Assembly (NCBI GenBank): GCA_029260905.1
Contig: JAJDCH010000010.1
Span: 13,027 to 77,026, forward strand
Length of the DNA stretch: 64,000 nt
Source: Candidatus Levyibacteriota bacterium
GTDB taxonomy: Bacteria; Patescibacteriota; Microgenomatia; Levybacterales; UBA12049
Reading direction: 5' to 3'
Shown here: in pieces, positions 9,810-18,797 of the stretch
How the letters are laid out: each line of letters starts with the position of its first letter
Numbering within the stretch: position 1 is the first letter of the stretch
The notes under the pieces: model-generated
What the model saw: only the letters and a program-made list of their open reading frames with translations
Told to the model about the DNA's origin: nothing
The model's database searches: none
Position numbers and translations under genes: made by a program

Positions 9810-10607
9810 ATGGTTGATTTTCACTATCTTGACAGCAAATGGGTAAGGACGAAGGATTTGAAAATTTCTGCATTTGATCTAGCAGTTCTCAGAGGCTACG
9901 GCGCGTTTGACTACCTCAGGGTTTATAAAGGAAAGCCATTTATGCTTGATTTGCATATTGAAAGATTTTTGCACTCCATTGCTTCGCTAAAGCTTGAAGC
10001 TTCCAAAACAAAACAGGAAATTGAGGAGCTTATTCTTGAGGGAATCAAGAAAAATCAAAAAGATGGGGATCTGTCTGTGCGGCTGATTTTGACAGGAAGT
10101 GGTGTTTTTATGGTCATGTATGAGGAGTCAACTGTCTATCCAGATAAATATTATGAGAATGGGATAAAAGCAGTTACTTTTAGAGAAAAAAGAGTACGAC
10201 CTGATGTCAAATCAATAAATTATGAAACAGCCATGATTGCAGCCAATTTTGCCAAAGAAAAAGGAGCATTTGAAGCTATTTTTGTTGATGATGGCAAGAT
10301 CTATGAGGGGACAAATTCCAATTTTTTTGTGGTAATTGATAAAGAATTGATAACACCCAAATTTGGAGTTTTGAAAGGTGTAACCCGTCAGGTAATACTT
10401 GATCTAGCACGTAAAAGAAGCATTGAGGTTATTGAGCGGGATATAGAGCTTGGTGAGCTATCAAGTGTAGATGAGGTCTTTATCGCATCAACCAGAAAAG
10501 AAATCATGCCAGTTATTCAGGTGGATGATATTAAGATAGGAAATGGACAAGTCGGAGATATGACAAATAAGTTGATGGAGGAATTTAGAAAGCTGACAAA
10601 AAAATAA
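9810..10607 (+). CDS. class IV aminotransferase (branched-chain or D-amino-acid type)
   Basis: 'RGYGAFD', 'VKSINY', 'EGTNSNFF', 'LKGVTR', 'DEVFIAST'. Confidence 0.9.
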   Translation: MVDFHYLDSKWVRTKDLKISAFDLAVLRGYGAFDYLRVYKGKPFMLDLHIERFLHSIASLKLEASKTKQEIEELILEGIKKNQKDGDLSVRLILTGSGVFMVMYEESTVYPDKYYENGIKAVTFREKRVRPDVKSINYETAMIAANFAKEKGAFEAIFVDDGKIYEGTNSNFFVVIDKELITPKFGVLKGVTRQVILDLARKRSIEVIERDIELGELSSVDEVFIASTRKEIMPVIQVDDIKIGNGQVGDMTNKLMEEFRKLTKK

Positions 10608-10663
10608 CTGATGTTTACTTTTACCACTTGAGATATAAAGTGAGGGTGTGCTAAAATACACAC

Positions 10664-10942
10664 ATGCGTAAATATGAATTAGTGATTGTTCTTAAGTCTT
10701 CTTTGAAAGATCTAGAACGCAAAAAAATTCTTGATACAGTAAAAGAATGGATGAAGGGAATTAAAATAGGCAAAGAAAATGATTGGGGACAAAAGCCTCT
10801 TTCTTATGCGATTAGAAAAGAAATCTCAGGTCATTATCTGCAATGGCTCTTTGAAGGCGATATTGTGATACCAACAGATTTTGAAAAAAGACTTTTGAGA
10901 GAAGACGGAGTATTGAGACACCTTTTGTTGAGAACTAAATAG
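10664..10942 (+). CDS. rpsF: 30S ribosomal protein S6
   Basis: 'MRKYELV', 'WGQKPLSYAI', 'VLRHLL'; position in rpsF-ssb-rpsR. Confidence 0.95.
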   Translation: MRKYELVIVLKSSLKDLERKKILDTVKEWMKGIKIGKENDWGQKPLSYAIRKEISGHYLQWLFEGDIVIPTDFEKRLLREDGVLRHLLLRTK

Positions 10943-11010
10943 ATTTAAGATGTATGAAGTAAGATTTAAGAATAAGATTTTCATAAATCATATATCCTAA
11001 ATCATAAATC
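10942..11010. repeat. palindromic heptamer array (GATTTAA-type)
   Basis: gatttaa gatgtat gaagtaa gatttaa ga, 9-nt loop, then tc ataaatc atatatc ctaaatc ataaatc. Confidence 0.8.
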
Positions 11011-11015
11011 ACGAT

Positions 11016-11540
11016 ATGGCAAGAAGTTTAAATAAAGTACAGTTGATTGGGAATTTGACACGGGATCCAGAGCTTAGGTATACACCAAATGGAAACGCTG
11101 TTTGTTCTTTTTCTCTTGCTACCAATAGATATTGGACAACAGATAATGGTGAGAAGAGAGAGGAAGCTGATTTCCATAGGATTGTTGCTTGGAATAAGCT
11201 GGCTGAGCTTTGCAGTCAATTTTTGACTAAAGGACGAAAGGTTTATGTTGAGGGAAGATTGAGTACCAGAAGCTGGACAGGGCAAGATGGAGTGCAGAAG
11301 CAAACAACAGAAGTTGTTATTGATAATATGATCCTTCTTGATAATAAAGGTGGAGGACAGGAGTCAACGGATGAAACCCATGATTTTCATGATGAGGCAA
11401 AGGAGTCAAAAGAAAAGCCAGTTGAAGAAAAAAAACAAGAAGCAAAAAAAAGTGATAAAAAAAAGGTAGAAAAGGCAAGCGATGATCCTTCAACAGGTTC
11501 AGGACAAGAAGAAGTTGCGCCAGATGATATACCTTTTTAG
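11016..11540 (+). CDS. ssb: single-stranded DNA-binding protein
   Basis: 'LNKVQLIGNLTRDPELRYT'; acidic 'DDIPF' tail. Confidence 0.97.
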   Translation: MARSLNKVQLIGNLTRDPELRYTPNGNAVCSFSLATNRYWTTDNGEKREEADFHRIVAWNKLAELCSQFLTKGRKVYVEGRLSTRSWTGQDGVQKQTTEVVIDNMILLDNKGGGQESTDETHDFHDEAKESKEKPVEEKKQEAKKSDKKKVEKASDDPSTGSGQEEVAPDDIPF

Positions 11541-11567
11541 ATATAAGATATAAGACGTAAGATTAAA
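11540..11567. repeat. tandem heptamer array
   Basis: gatataa gatataa gacgtaa gattaaa. Confidence 0.7.
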
Positions 11568-11577
11568 GAAAAGTTGT

Positions 11578-11817
11578 ATGAAAAAGAAAAGATTTCCAAA
11601 AAGAAAAATAGTAGTTCCAAAGAGTTGTTACTTTTGCAAAGAAGAGAAAACTCCTTGGTATTCAGAGGTTTCTGATCTGCAAAAATTTACAACAGATCGT
11701 GGCAAGATAATTGCAAGGTCAAGGTCAGGACTTTGCGCAAAGCATCAAAGAAGAGTTACAGCTTCCATAAAACACGCAAGACATCTTGCCTTATTACCTT
11801 TCGTTAATCAAGAATAA
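11578..11817 (+). CDS. rpsR: 30S ribosomal protein S18 (Zn-binding type)
   Basis: 'CYFC', 'RGKII', 'GLCAKHQR', 'ARHLALLP'. Confidence 0.95.
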   Translation: MKKKRFPKRKIVVPKSCYFCKEEKTPWYSEVSDLQKFTTDRGKIIARSRSGLCAKHQRRVTASIKHARHLALLPFVNQE

Positions 11818-11874
11818 ACCCTATGATTTGACATATTAGAGTTTTGAATTTAGATATTCGAATTTTAAGCACCT

Positions 11875-12621
11875 ATGATATCTTTGCCCATCCCTATCCC
11901 CGAGAATTTTACTCCAATTGTTAAAGCAGGTGATGTTGTCTCTGTATCTTCTCCTATAGCTGAAAAAAAGGCAAAAGATGAAGTAATAATAAATCTCTCA
12001 GAAATGCTTGGAGTAAAGTCCAAAAATGCAGGAAAATATCTTTTGAAAAATCCAGGCGATGAAGTCAGAAAGGAAGAGGTGTTGGCGATTGTAAAAGGTT
12101 TTTGGGGACAAAAAACTTTAAGAAGCAGGGTGCATGGAACAATAACCAGATACGAAAGAGATACGAGTAATTTGGCAGTGAGACTCTCTGGTTTTAGCGC
12201 AAATGAAAAAATGTTATCACCTGTTGATGGTGTAATTGATTTGTGCGATAATGAAAAAATAACAATTCAGACGTCCAAACATGCTGCGCTTGGAACAAAA
12301 GGAATTGGGATGTCAGCAAAGGGGGATGTTTATTTTTTTAGAGAAAAAGATGCCTATGCTTTGACTAGTGAAGCAAGCGGAAAGATTATAGTTGGAAAAA
12401 GTTTTGATTCAGAAATAATACTAAAAGGTTCAGCGCTTGATGCGCTCGGGATGATAGCAACAGACATAAAGGATGATGCTCTAAAATTTTTAAGATCCAG
12501 AAATCTAAATATGCCAGTTCTTGAAGTGGATATAGATGTACTTTTGCAGCTTGAAAAATGGAATGATAAAAAAATTTTTATGGATGGAAGTCTAAAATCT
12601 ATTGTTTTTCTTCAAATATAA
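11875..12621 (+). CDS. hypothetical protein (barrel-sandwich-hybrid-like motifs)
   Basis: 'VKAGDVV', 'PGDEV', 'SPVDGVI' patterns; in the same run as rpsR. Confidence 0.7.
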   Translation: MISLPIPIPENFTPIVKAGDVVSVSSPIAEKKAKDEVIINLSEMLGVKSKNAGKYLLKNPGDEVRKEEVLAIVKGFWGQKTLRSRVHGTITRYERDTSNLAVRLSGFSANEKMLSPVDGVIDLCDNEKITIQTSKHAALGTKGIGMSAKGDVYFFREKDAYALTSEASGKIIVGKSFDSEIILKGSALDALGMIATDIKDDALKFLRSRNLNMPVLEVDIDVLLQLEKWNDKKIFMDGSLKSIVFLQI

Positions 12622-12624
12622 TTT

Positions 12625-13941
12625 ATGAATACTGAAATTGAAAAAAAAGAATCAAAAGGATTTTTTAATCCAAGAAAGATGAGATTTTTTCTGGCGATTT
12701 TTATTGCTGGTCTTATTGGTTATTTTATAGGTGTTACCAAGATAGATTTTCAGCTTAAAAATTTTCAACCCCATGTAGCTTTTTCAAGTAAAGAGCCACC
12801 GCCTTCAGTTACACAGAGTGATTTCTCCAAGTTTTGGAGTATTCTTAATCTGCTAGAAGAAAAATATTATGATAAATCAGCATTTGATCAACAAAAGATC
12901 TTGGATGGCGCGATTTCAGGCATGGTAGATAGCCTTGACGATCCATACACTCTGTATCTTCCTCCTCAGCAAAATGATGATTTCAAGCAAGGACTTGCAG
13001 GTCAATTTGAAGGAATTGGAGCTGAATTGGCTCTGAAAGACAAACAAATTTATGTGGTAAAGCCGTTGGGAGGATCTCCTGCGCAAAAAGCAGGAATAAG
13101 AATTGGTGATGCAATTGTAAAAGTGGATGGTGAGTCAACTGCAGGATGGAATGTATTTAAGGCTGTGCAAGTAATAAGAGGAGAGAAAGGAACTTCGGTT
13201 ACTCTGACGGTTTTGCATAAAGATGATAGTGAGTTAACAGATATTAAAATAACAAGAGACACGATTGAAATAAATAGTCTCACGACTGAAGTAAAGACAA
13301 TAAATCAGTTTGATCAAATTGATAAAATGGGAGTTCTGGATGCGAACAAAAATAATAAAATTGTTTACTTTAAGCTCACGCAATTTGGTGATAAGACCAA
13401 TGATGAATGGCTAAAAGCTATAAATGAGGTAGATATGAAGATAAAATCTGACAGTTCCATAAAAGGCGTTGTTCTTGATTTGAGAAATAACCCTGGTGGC
13501 TATCTGGGAGATGCAGTATATATCGCATCTGAGTTTATAGAAAATGGAAATGCAGTTCTTCAGGAAGACAGAAATGGCAAAACAAATGAGTTTTCTGTTT
13601 CTGGAAAAGGGCTTTTGACAGATGTGCCTGTAGTAGTTCTTATAAATAAAGGATCTGCATCAGCAAGTGAGATTGTGTCAGGTGCGCTTAGGGATCATAA
13701 GCGGGCAAAGCTTGTTGGTGAGACATCATTTGGAAAGGGAACCATACAGGAGGCAGCAGAATTGGGTCAAGGATCAGGAATTCACGTAACAATTGCTAAA
13801 TGGCTAACGCCAAATGGTACATGGGTTGGAAATGGTAAAACAGGATCTGGTCTTAAGCCAGACCTGGAAGTAAAGCCAGATGAGCAGAGGCCTGATCACG
13901 ATATCCAGCTTGAAAAAGCAATAGAAGAGTTGTTAAAATAA
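12625..13941 (+). CDS. ctpA: S41A carboxyl-terminal processing protease with PDZ domain
   Basis: 'LDDPYT', 'GIGA', 'LDLRNNPGG', 'SASASEI', 'GETSFGKG'. Confidence 0.93.
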   Translation: MNTEIEKKESKGFFNPRKMRFFLAIFIAGLIGYFIGVTKIDFQLKNFQPHVAFSSKEPPPSVTQSDFSKFWSILNLLEEKYYDKSAFDQQKILDGAISGMVDSLDDPYTLYLPPQQNDDFKQGLAGQFEGIGAELALKDKQIYVVKPLGGSPAQKAGIRIGDAIVKVDGESTAGWNVFKAVQVIRGEKGTSVTLTVLHKDDSELTDIKITRDTIEINSLTTEVKTINQFDQIDKMGVLDANKNNKIVYFKLTQFGDKTNDEWLKAINEVDMKIKSDSSIKGVVLDLRNNPGGYLGDAVYIASEFIENGNAVLQEDRNGKTNEFSVSGKGLLTDVPVVVLINKGSASASEIVSGALRDHKRAKLVGETSFGKGTIQEAAELGQGSGIHVTIAKWLTPNGTWVGNGKTGSGLKPDLEVKPDEQRPDHDIQLEKAIEELLK

Positions 13942-13948
13942 ATTCTCT

Positions 13949-15091
13949 ATGAAACGAATCGGTGTTCTCATCATTCTCCTTTTTGCTCTTTTGGGCGTAG
14001 TTGGTGTTATTCAGTATTTTTTTCCCTCAACCAGGCTTCAAACCAAAATTGAAAATAGTAATGGTAGTGAGAATATAAAAATAGTCAGTGAGGAATCAAT
14101 AACTATTGATATTGTTAAAAAGGTTGGTCCATCAGTTGTGACTATTGCTGAGGAGGTAACGCAAAATACAGGAGTATTTAGAATAGGACCTTTTTCTATT
14201 GATATTCCACAGCAGGAAGAACAAAGTAGTGAAATTGAGCCTCAAAGTATAGGAACTGGTTTTATAATTGACAAAGAAGGACTTGTGGTTACTAATAAGC
14301 ATGTTGTTCAGCAAAGTGGGATTGATTATTTTGTGATAACAAATGATCAGAAAAGATACAAAGTAGAAAATATTTATAGAGATCCCTTGAATGATATTTC
14401 TCTTTTGAAGATAGATTCAACTGAAAATAACAAAGCTCTTAATCCTATTCCCCTTGGAGATTCAGACAATCTTCAGGCAGGACAATACGTAGTTGCTATC
14501 GGAACAGCTCTTGGTGAATTTGAGAATACAGTTACAACTGGAGTTATATCAGGTCTTGGAAGGGGAATCACAGCAGGATCTGCCTTTCAGGGATCAGTTG
14601 AGAGGATTGATAATGTGATCCAGACAGATGCCGCGATAAATCCAGGAAATAGTGGTGGTCCGCTTCTCAACTCCAGTGGTCAGGTGATAGGGGTAAATAC
14701 AGCTGTTTCAGCTGCTGGGCAAAATATTGGTTTTGCAATTCCTATTAATACTATTAAAAAATCTCTTGATAATTTCAATAAAACAGGAAAGTTTGATAGG
14801 GCATATCTTGGTGTTTCATACAGAGTGATACCCCAGGAGACAGCCCTCATCAATAACGTGCCTCAGGGAGCATTTGTTCAATCAGTTATTGCAGGTTCAC
14901 CAGCAGATAAAGCAGGGATCAGGCAAGGAGACATTATTACAAAATTAGATGGCGATAAGCTCACAGTTGATAGGGAGTTGGCAGTAGTTATTGCTGCTAA
15001 AAAAACAGGCGATAAGCTAGATATAGAAGTTTATAGAGATGGTGAGAGTCAAAATCTAACAGCTACTCTTGAAACAATCCCTCAAGAATAA
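13949..15091 (+). CDS. htrA: HtrA/DegP-like serine protease with one PDZ domain
   Basis: 'TNKHVV', 'QTDAAINPGNSGGPL', C-terminal PDZ, N-terminal anchor. Confidence 0.93.
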   Translation: MKRIGVLIILLFALLGVVGVIQYFFPSTRLQTKIENSNGSENIKIVSEESITIDIVKKVGPSVVTIAEEVTQNTGVFRIGPFSIDIPQQEEQSSEIEPQSIGTGFIIDKEGLVVTNKHVVQQSGIDYFVITNDQKRYKVENIYRDPLNDISLLKIDSTENNKALNPIPLGDSDNLQAGQYVVAIGTALGEFENTVTTGVISGLGRGITAGSAFQGSVERIDNVIQTDAAINPGNSGGPLLNSSGQVIGVNTAVSAAGQNIGFAIPINTIKKSLDNFNKTGKFDRAYLGVSYRVIPQETALINNVPQGAFVQSVIAGSPADKAGIRQGDIITKLDGDKLTVDRELAVVIAAKKTGDKLDIEVYRDGESQNLTATLETIPQE

Positions 15092-15170
15092 TAAAAAGCA
15101 GGAAAGGACGGGCTAAATACAAAAATGCCTCTTGCAAACAAGATTCTTTATATTTATAATATATTACAAC

Positions 15171-15896
15171 ATGGCAAAATCAACAACCACAAAGAAACCA
15201 GCTGCCAAAAAAACTCCAGCTAAAAAATCAGCAAGTAGATCCACATCTAAAACATCAGCAAAAGCATCAGTTGAAAAAACAAAAACAACCTCAACAAGTG
15301 ATATCAAAGCATACAAATTTAAGACAGTTTATGTTGTTGCAGTCTTGATAGCTATTGCATTGGCAGGACTGCTTTTTGCATTAAGGAGCATGATTGTTGC
15401 AGCAGTTGTTAACGGACAACCTATCTATCGATGGGACATCATCAAGGAAACAGAAAAGATATCCGGAAAACAGGTCATGTCAAATCAAATCAGAAATATT
15501 TTGATTGAACAGGAAGCAAAAAAGAAAAATATAACTGTGACAGAAGAGGAGATTGATCAGGAAGTAAAAAAAGTTGAAGATACTTTGAAAGAGCAGGGAC
15601 AGGAGCTTGATCAGGTTCTTGAAATTCAGGGCATGGGTAGAGGAGAGCTGAGGGAGTTGCTAAGACTTGATAAATTGGTTGGAAAGCTAGTCGGACAAGA
15701 CATCAAGGCAACAGATAAAGAAATTGATGATTTTATTGAAGCAAATAAAGAGACATTTCCTGAAACACAATCTGAAGAAGAGATAAAAGAATCAGTAGGG
15801 GAGAGTCTTAAGCAGCAAAAGCTTCAAGCAAAAGTGCAGGAATGGCTAGCAGACATTCAAGCCAAAGCCCAAATAAACTACGTAGTAGAATACTAA
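15171..15896 (+). CDS. SurA N-terminal/PrsA-like chaperone without a parvulin domain
   Basis: Lys/Thr-rich N-terminus, TM helix, 'AAVVNGQPI', 'LIEQEAKKKNITVT'. Confidence 0.75.
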   Translation: MAKSTTTKKPAAKKTPAKKSASRSTSKTSAKASVEKTKTTSTSDIKAYKFKTVYVVAVLIAIALAGLLFALRSMIVAAVVNGQPIYRWDIIKETEKISGKQVMSNQIRNILIEQEAKKKNITVTEEEIDQEVKKVEDTLKEQGQELDQVLEIQGMGRGELRELLRLDKLVGKLVGQDIKATDKEIDDFIEANKETFPETQSEEEIKESVGESLKQQKLQAKVQEWLADIQAKAQINYVVEY

Positions 15897-15945
15897 TCCC
15901 CAATTGCATTTAGCCCGCACCCATGGTAAAATCTCATTTTGATCT

Positions 15946-17391
15946 ATGAATGAGAGGCTTGGTAAAGGTGAAAGAAGACTAGGTTTTGTTGATTGGTATC
16001 GTCCTACTCTTAAAGTATCCCACATTAATGAAATCAATTTTTCTGGTTTTAAAGAAAGAGGTGTAAACACTCTCTTGCTTGATGGTGAAGGAAGTTTTGT
16101 TGAGCATAATGGCTGGGACATAGATCCTAAAATTGTTAAAAGGATAAAATCTCAAGACTTTGATAATATTGCAATTGTTTCCAATAAAAGACCAAACACA
16201 GAAAAAGACTTTGTGCGACTTAATCACTGGGCAGAACAACTTGGGGAGAATGTAGTTGTTTTTACGCCACTTGATAGAAGTGAAAGAAAGCCTGGGTCCA
16301 AGATGCTTCTCAAGGCAGCGAGTCATTTTGGCATAGATACAAATCAGGCAGTAATGGTGGGGGATAAGGTAACTGCTGATGTTTTGGCAGCAAATAGAGC
16401 TGGGATGTATTCTGTTTGGGTGGATCGGCTTGGATGGGAAGATTTACCAGGTGATAGAATTGGTAGAAGACCTGTTGAGGCAGGTATAAGGATGGTAACA
16501 AGACCAAACAAAGAATTTGACGGTTTTCCAGCACCTCCTCCTAGTGAGCCTGCAGCGACATTAAGGCAATACGCTTCTCAGAAAGAATCTGAATTTAATA
16601 TGAACAGGCCTCAGGGCTTGGAACAAGTTCCTGAACTTCTCTGGAGTAAAAGCAGGATTATTGGAGTTGGTCAACCAGATGTAGTTTTGCCACAAGAAGT
16701 TTTAGATGCAATTCCTCCTGGCCTGAGCGAGTCATTTGGAATTAAACAAATAAAAGAAATTCTTTACTCTGTTGATTCAAAATATGGAGAACAATTTGAT
16801 AATTTTATGGGAGAGAATGGTAGAAAAATCGCCAATGCGTCAACTACTGTGAGAATTCCTGGGGCAATCCTTATTGCAGGTCTTCTTATTGCTGATAAGC
16901 CAAAGCTGGCACGCAAGGTTCATGCTGTTTTAGCCTCTACAGATATTATAGATGGATGGGCTGCGAGGAAAGATTTTGACCAATCAAAAGAAGCAAAAGA
17001 AAGGGGAGGAAAGTTTGACCAAACAGTAGACAAGATTGCGGCATTTATAATTGAGGTAGGACTTTTGAAGAAAGACAGATTGCCTCTTGATAATTCAATA
17101 ACAATCTTAGGAGCAGATTTATACATGAATAAAGTAGCTAGGCCACGAGCAAGGTCAAAGGGGCTTGATACAAGTGCTGCGCTGTCTGGCAAGATGAGCA
17201 CTCTGCTTGTAGAATTTATGCACAATTTTTCAATGACAGATAATCCATCTGCCTTTAATAAATTATTTAGAGAAGTAGCAACAGGGGCAAAAGTTGCGAG
17301 AATTCAGTTGTCGCAACAGGCGTGGGAATTAAAAAAAGCTGATAACAATAGATTTGAAGAGGTTAAAGAGGAGATGCTTGCTGCTGCTTGA
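15946..17391 (+). CDS. fusion of YqeG-like HAD-IIIA phosphatase and CDP-alcohol phosphotransferase domain
   Basis: N-terminal 'LLLDGEGS', 'VSN', 'RKP', 'MVGDKVTADVLAANRAG'; C-terminal 'DIIDGWAAR...GGKFDQTVDK'. Confidence 0.8.
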   Translation: MNERLGKGERRLGFVDWYRPTLKVSHINEINFSGFKERGVNTLLLDGEGSFVEHNGWDIDPKIVKRIKSQDFDNIAIVSNKRPNTEKDFVRLNHWAEQLGENVVVFTPLDRSERKPGSKMLLKAASHFGIDTNQAVMVGDKVTADVLAANRAGMYSVWVDRLGWEDLPGDRIGRRPVEAGIRMVTRPNKEFDGFPAPPPSEPAATLRQYASQKESEFNMNRPQGLEQVPELLWSKSRIIGVGQPDVVLPQEVLDAIPPGLSESFGIKQIKEILYSVDSKYGEQFDNFMGENGRKIANASTTVRIPGAILIAGLLIADKPKLARKVHAVLASTDIIDGWAARKDFDQSKEAKERGGKFDQTVDKIAAFIIEVGLLKKDRLPLDNSITILGADLYMNKVARPRARSKGLDTSAALSGKMSTLLVEFMHNFSMTDNPSAFNKLFREVATGAKVARIQLSQQAWELKKADNNRFEEVKEEMLAAA

Positions 17392-17393
17392 AT

Positions 17394-18272
17394 TTACTCC
17401 TCCGGACGGTCTTCAGGAATTTCCCCAGCCAGAATAGAGGGAAGATTTTTCCATGATTTGTTGATTCTATGATCTGTAAGTCTGTCTTGAGGGAAATTGT
17501 AAGTTTTTATTTTTTCTGATCTATCACCCCTACCTACTTGAGTTGATTTGAGAGAGGAGATCTGCTCGGTTCTTTTGGCAATTTCTTGCTCCCAGAGTTG
17601 AGATCTGAGAAGACTCATAGCAAACTCTCTGTTTTGGTTTTGTGACCTCTCAACTGATGCTGTGACAACTATTCCTGAAGGCTTATGTTTTATTCTTACT
17701 GCAGTTGAGACTTTATTTACATTTTGTCCTCCGTGTCCGCCTGAGCGAAATGCCTCAAATTCTATATCATCAGGTGCGATATGGATATCTATATCATCCA
17801 GTTCAGGTAAGATTGAAATCGTCGCAGTACTGGTGTGAATCCTGCCTTTTTTTTCAGTTGCGGGGATTCTCTGGACCCTATGAACGCCTGCTTCGTATTT
17901 AAATGTTCCAAATGCTCCAACTCCAGCTGATTTGCCACTTATTTTTATGACATACTCATCCATTTGTTCAACTTTGTATCCTTTTATTTGTGCAAATCTT
18001 GTATACATTCTGATCAACTCATCTGCCCAGAGCTTGGCTTCATCTCCGCCTGCTGCGCCTTTGACTTCAAGCAGGATATTTTTTTCATCAAAATCTTGCT
18101 CATTTTTGGTGTCTGTTTCCTTGATACTATCTTCAATTGCTTTTTTTTGCAGCTCAAGCATTTCTATTTCTTCCTTTGCAAGAGGCATGAGGGTCGGATC
18201 AGAGAGGAGTTTTTTGGCTTCCTCAATTTTTTGATCGAGTTCTTCTATTTGTGTGTAGCGGTAGTCGTTCAT
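17394..18272 (-). CDS. prfA: peptide chain release factor 1 (short form)
   Basis: 'EAGVHRVQRIPATE' (PxT motif), 'GGHGGQNVNK', 'TYNFPQDRLTDHR'; follows rpmE. Confidence 0.93.
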   Translation of the reverse strand: MNDYRYTQIEELDQKIEEAKKLLSDPTLMPLAKEEIEMLELQKKAIEDSIKETDTKNEQDFDEKNILLEVKGAAGGDEAKLWADELIRMYTRFAQIKGYKVEQMDEYVIKISGKSAGVGAFGTFKYEAGVHRVQRIPATEKKGRIHTSTATISILPELDDIDIHIAPDDIEFEAFRSGGHGGQNVNKVSTAVRIKHKPSGIVVTASVERSQNQNREFAMSLLRSQLWEQEIAKRTEQISSLKSTQVGRGDRSEKIKTYNFPQDRLTDHRINKSWKNLPSILAGEIPEDRPEE

Positions 18273-18277
18273 AAATT

Positions 18278-18352
18278 AGTATTAAGTATTATGAAGTAAG
18301 TAGCAAGTATGCACCGTTTTAGTTTAATACTTTATACATAATTCTTTATACT
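18278..18352. repeat. palindromic heptamer array (AGTATTA-type)
   Basis: agtatta agtatta tgaagta agtagca agtat ... taatact ttataca taattct ttatact. Confidence 0.8.
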
Positions 18353-18414
18353 GGTTGAATAATAGATTGATTTTATCATAAAAAAAATATTAAGGGAAAA
18401 ACTGAATAAAGAAG

Positions 18415-18714
18415 CTACTTAAGGCCCATGAGCATCTCGCGGAGTGTCTTTGGAGAATCATCTTTCTTTTTTTGATCATCTGCCTTTTTCTTCTTAACAG
18501 CAGTATAGGTAGAGGCGATTTTTTGTCTGTCCTGAAATTTTTGGATACGAGAGGCGCTATCAACGAATTTCTGCTCACCAGTATAGAATGGGTGGCAATC
18601 ATAGCAAAGCTCGACATGGATTTTTTCACGTGTGGAACCAACTGTAAATTTGTTGCCACAGATACAAATGACCTGTGTTTGATCAAAATATGTTGGATGA
18701 GCTTGCGCCTTCAT
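18415..18714 (-). CDS. rpmE: 50S ribosomal protein L31 (Zn type, extended C-terminus)
   Basis: 'HPTY', 'CICGN', '[13 protein letters not shown]'. Confidence 0.95.
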   Translation of the reverse strand: MKAQAHPTYFDQTQVICICGNKFTVGSTREKIHVELCYDCHPFYTGEQKFVDSASRIQKFQDRQKIASTYTAVKKKKADDQKKKDDSPKTLREMLMGLK

Positions 18715-18745
18715 AGTCTGTATATTATAGCTGAATTTGATTTTC

Positions 18746-18774
18746 TTGACAAGACATCTAAAAAGAACTAAAAT
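18746..18774 (+). promoter_or_regulatory. sigma70-type promoter of the sigma-like gene
   Basis: TTGACA-17 nt-TAAAAT. Confidence 0.7.
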
Positions 18775-18797
18775 AAAGGACTTATAGTTTGTAAATT

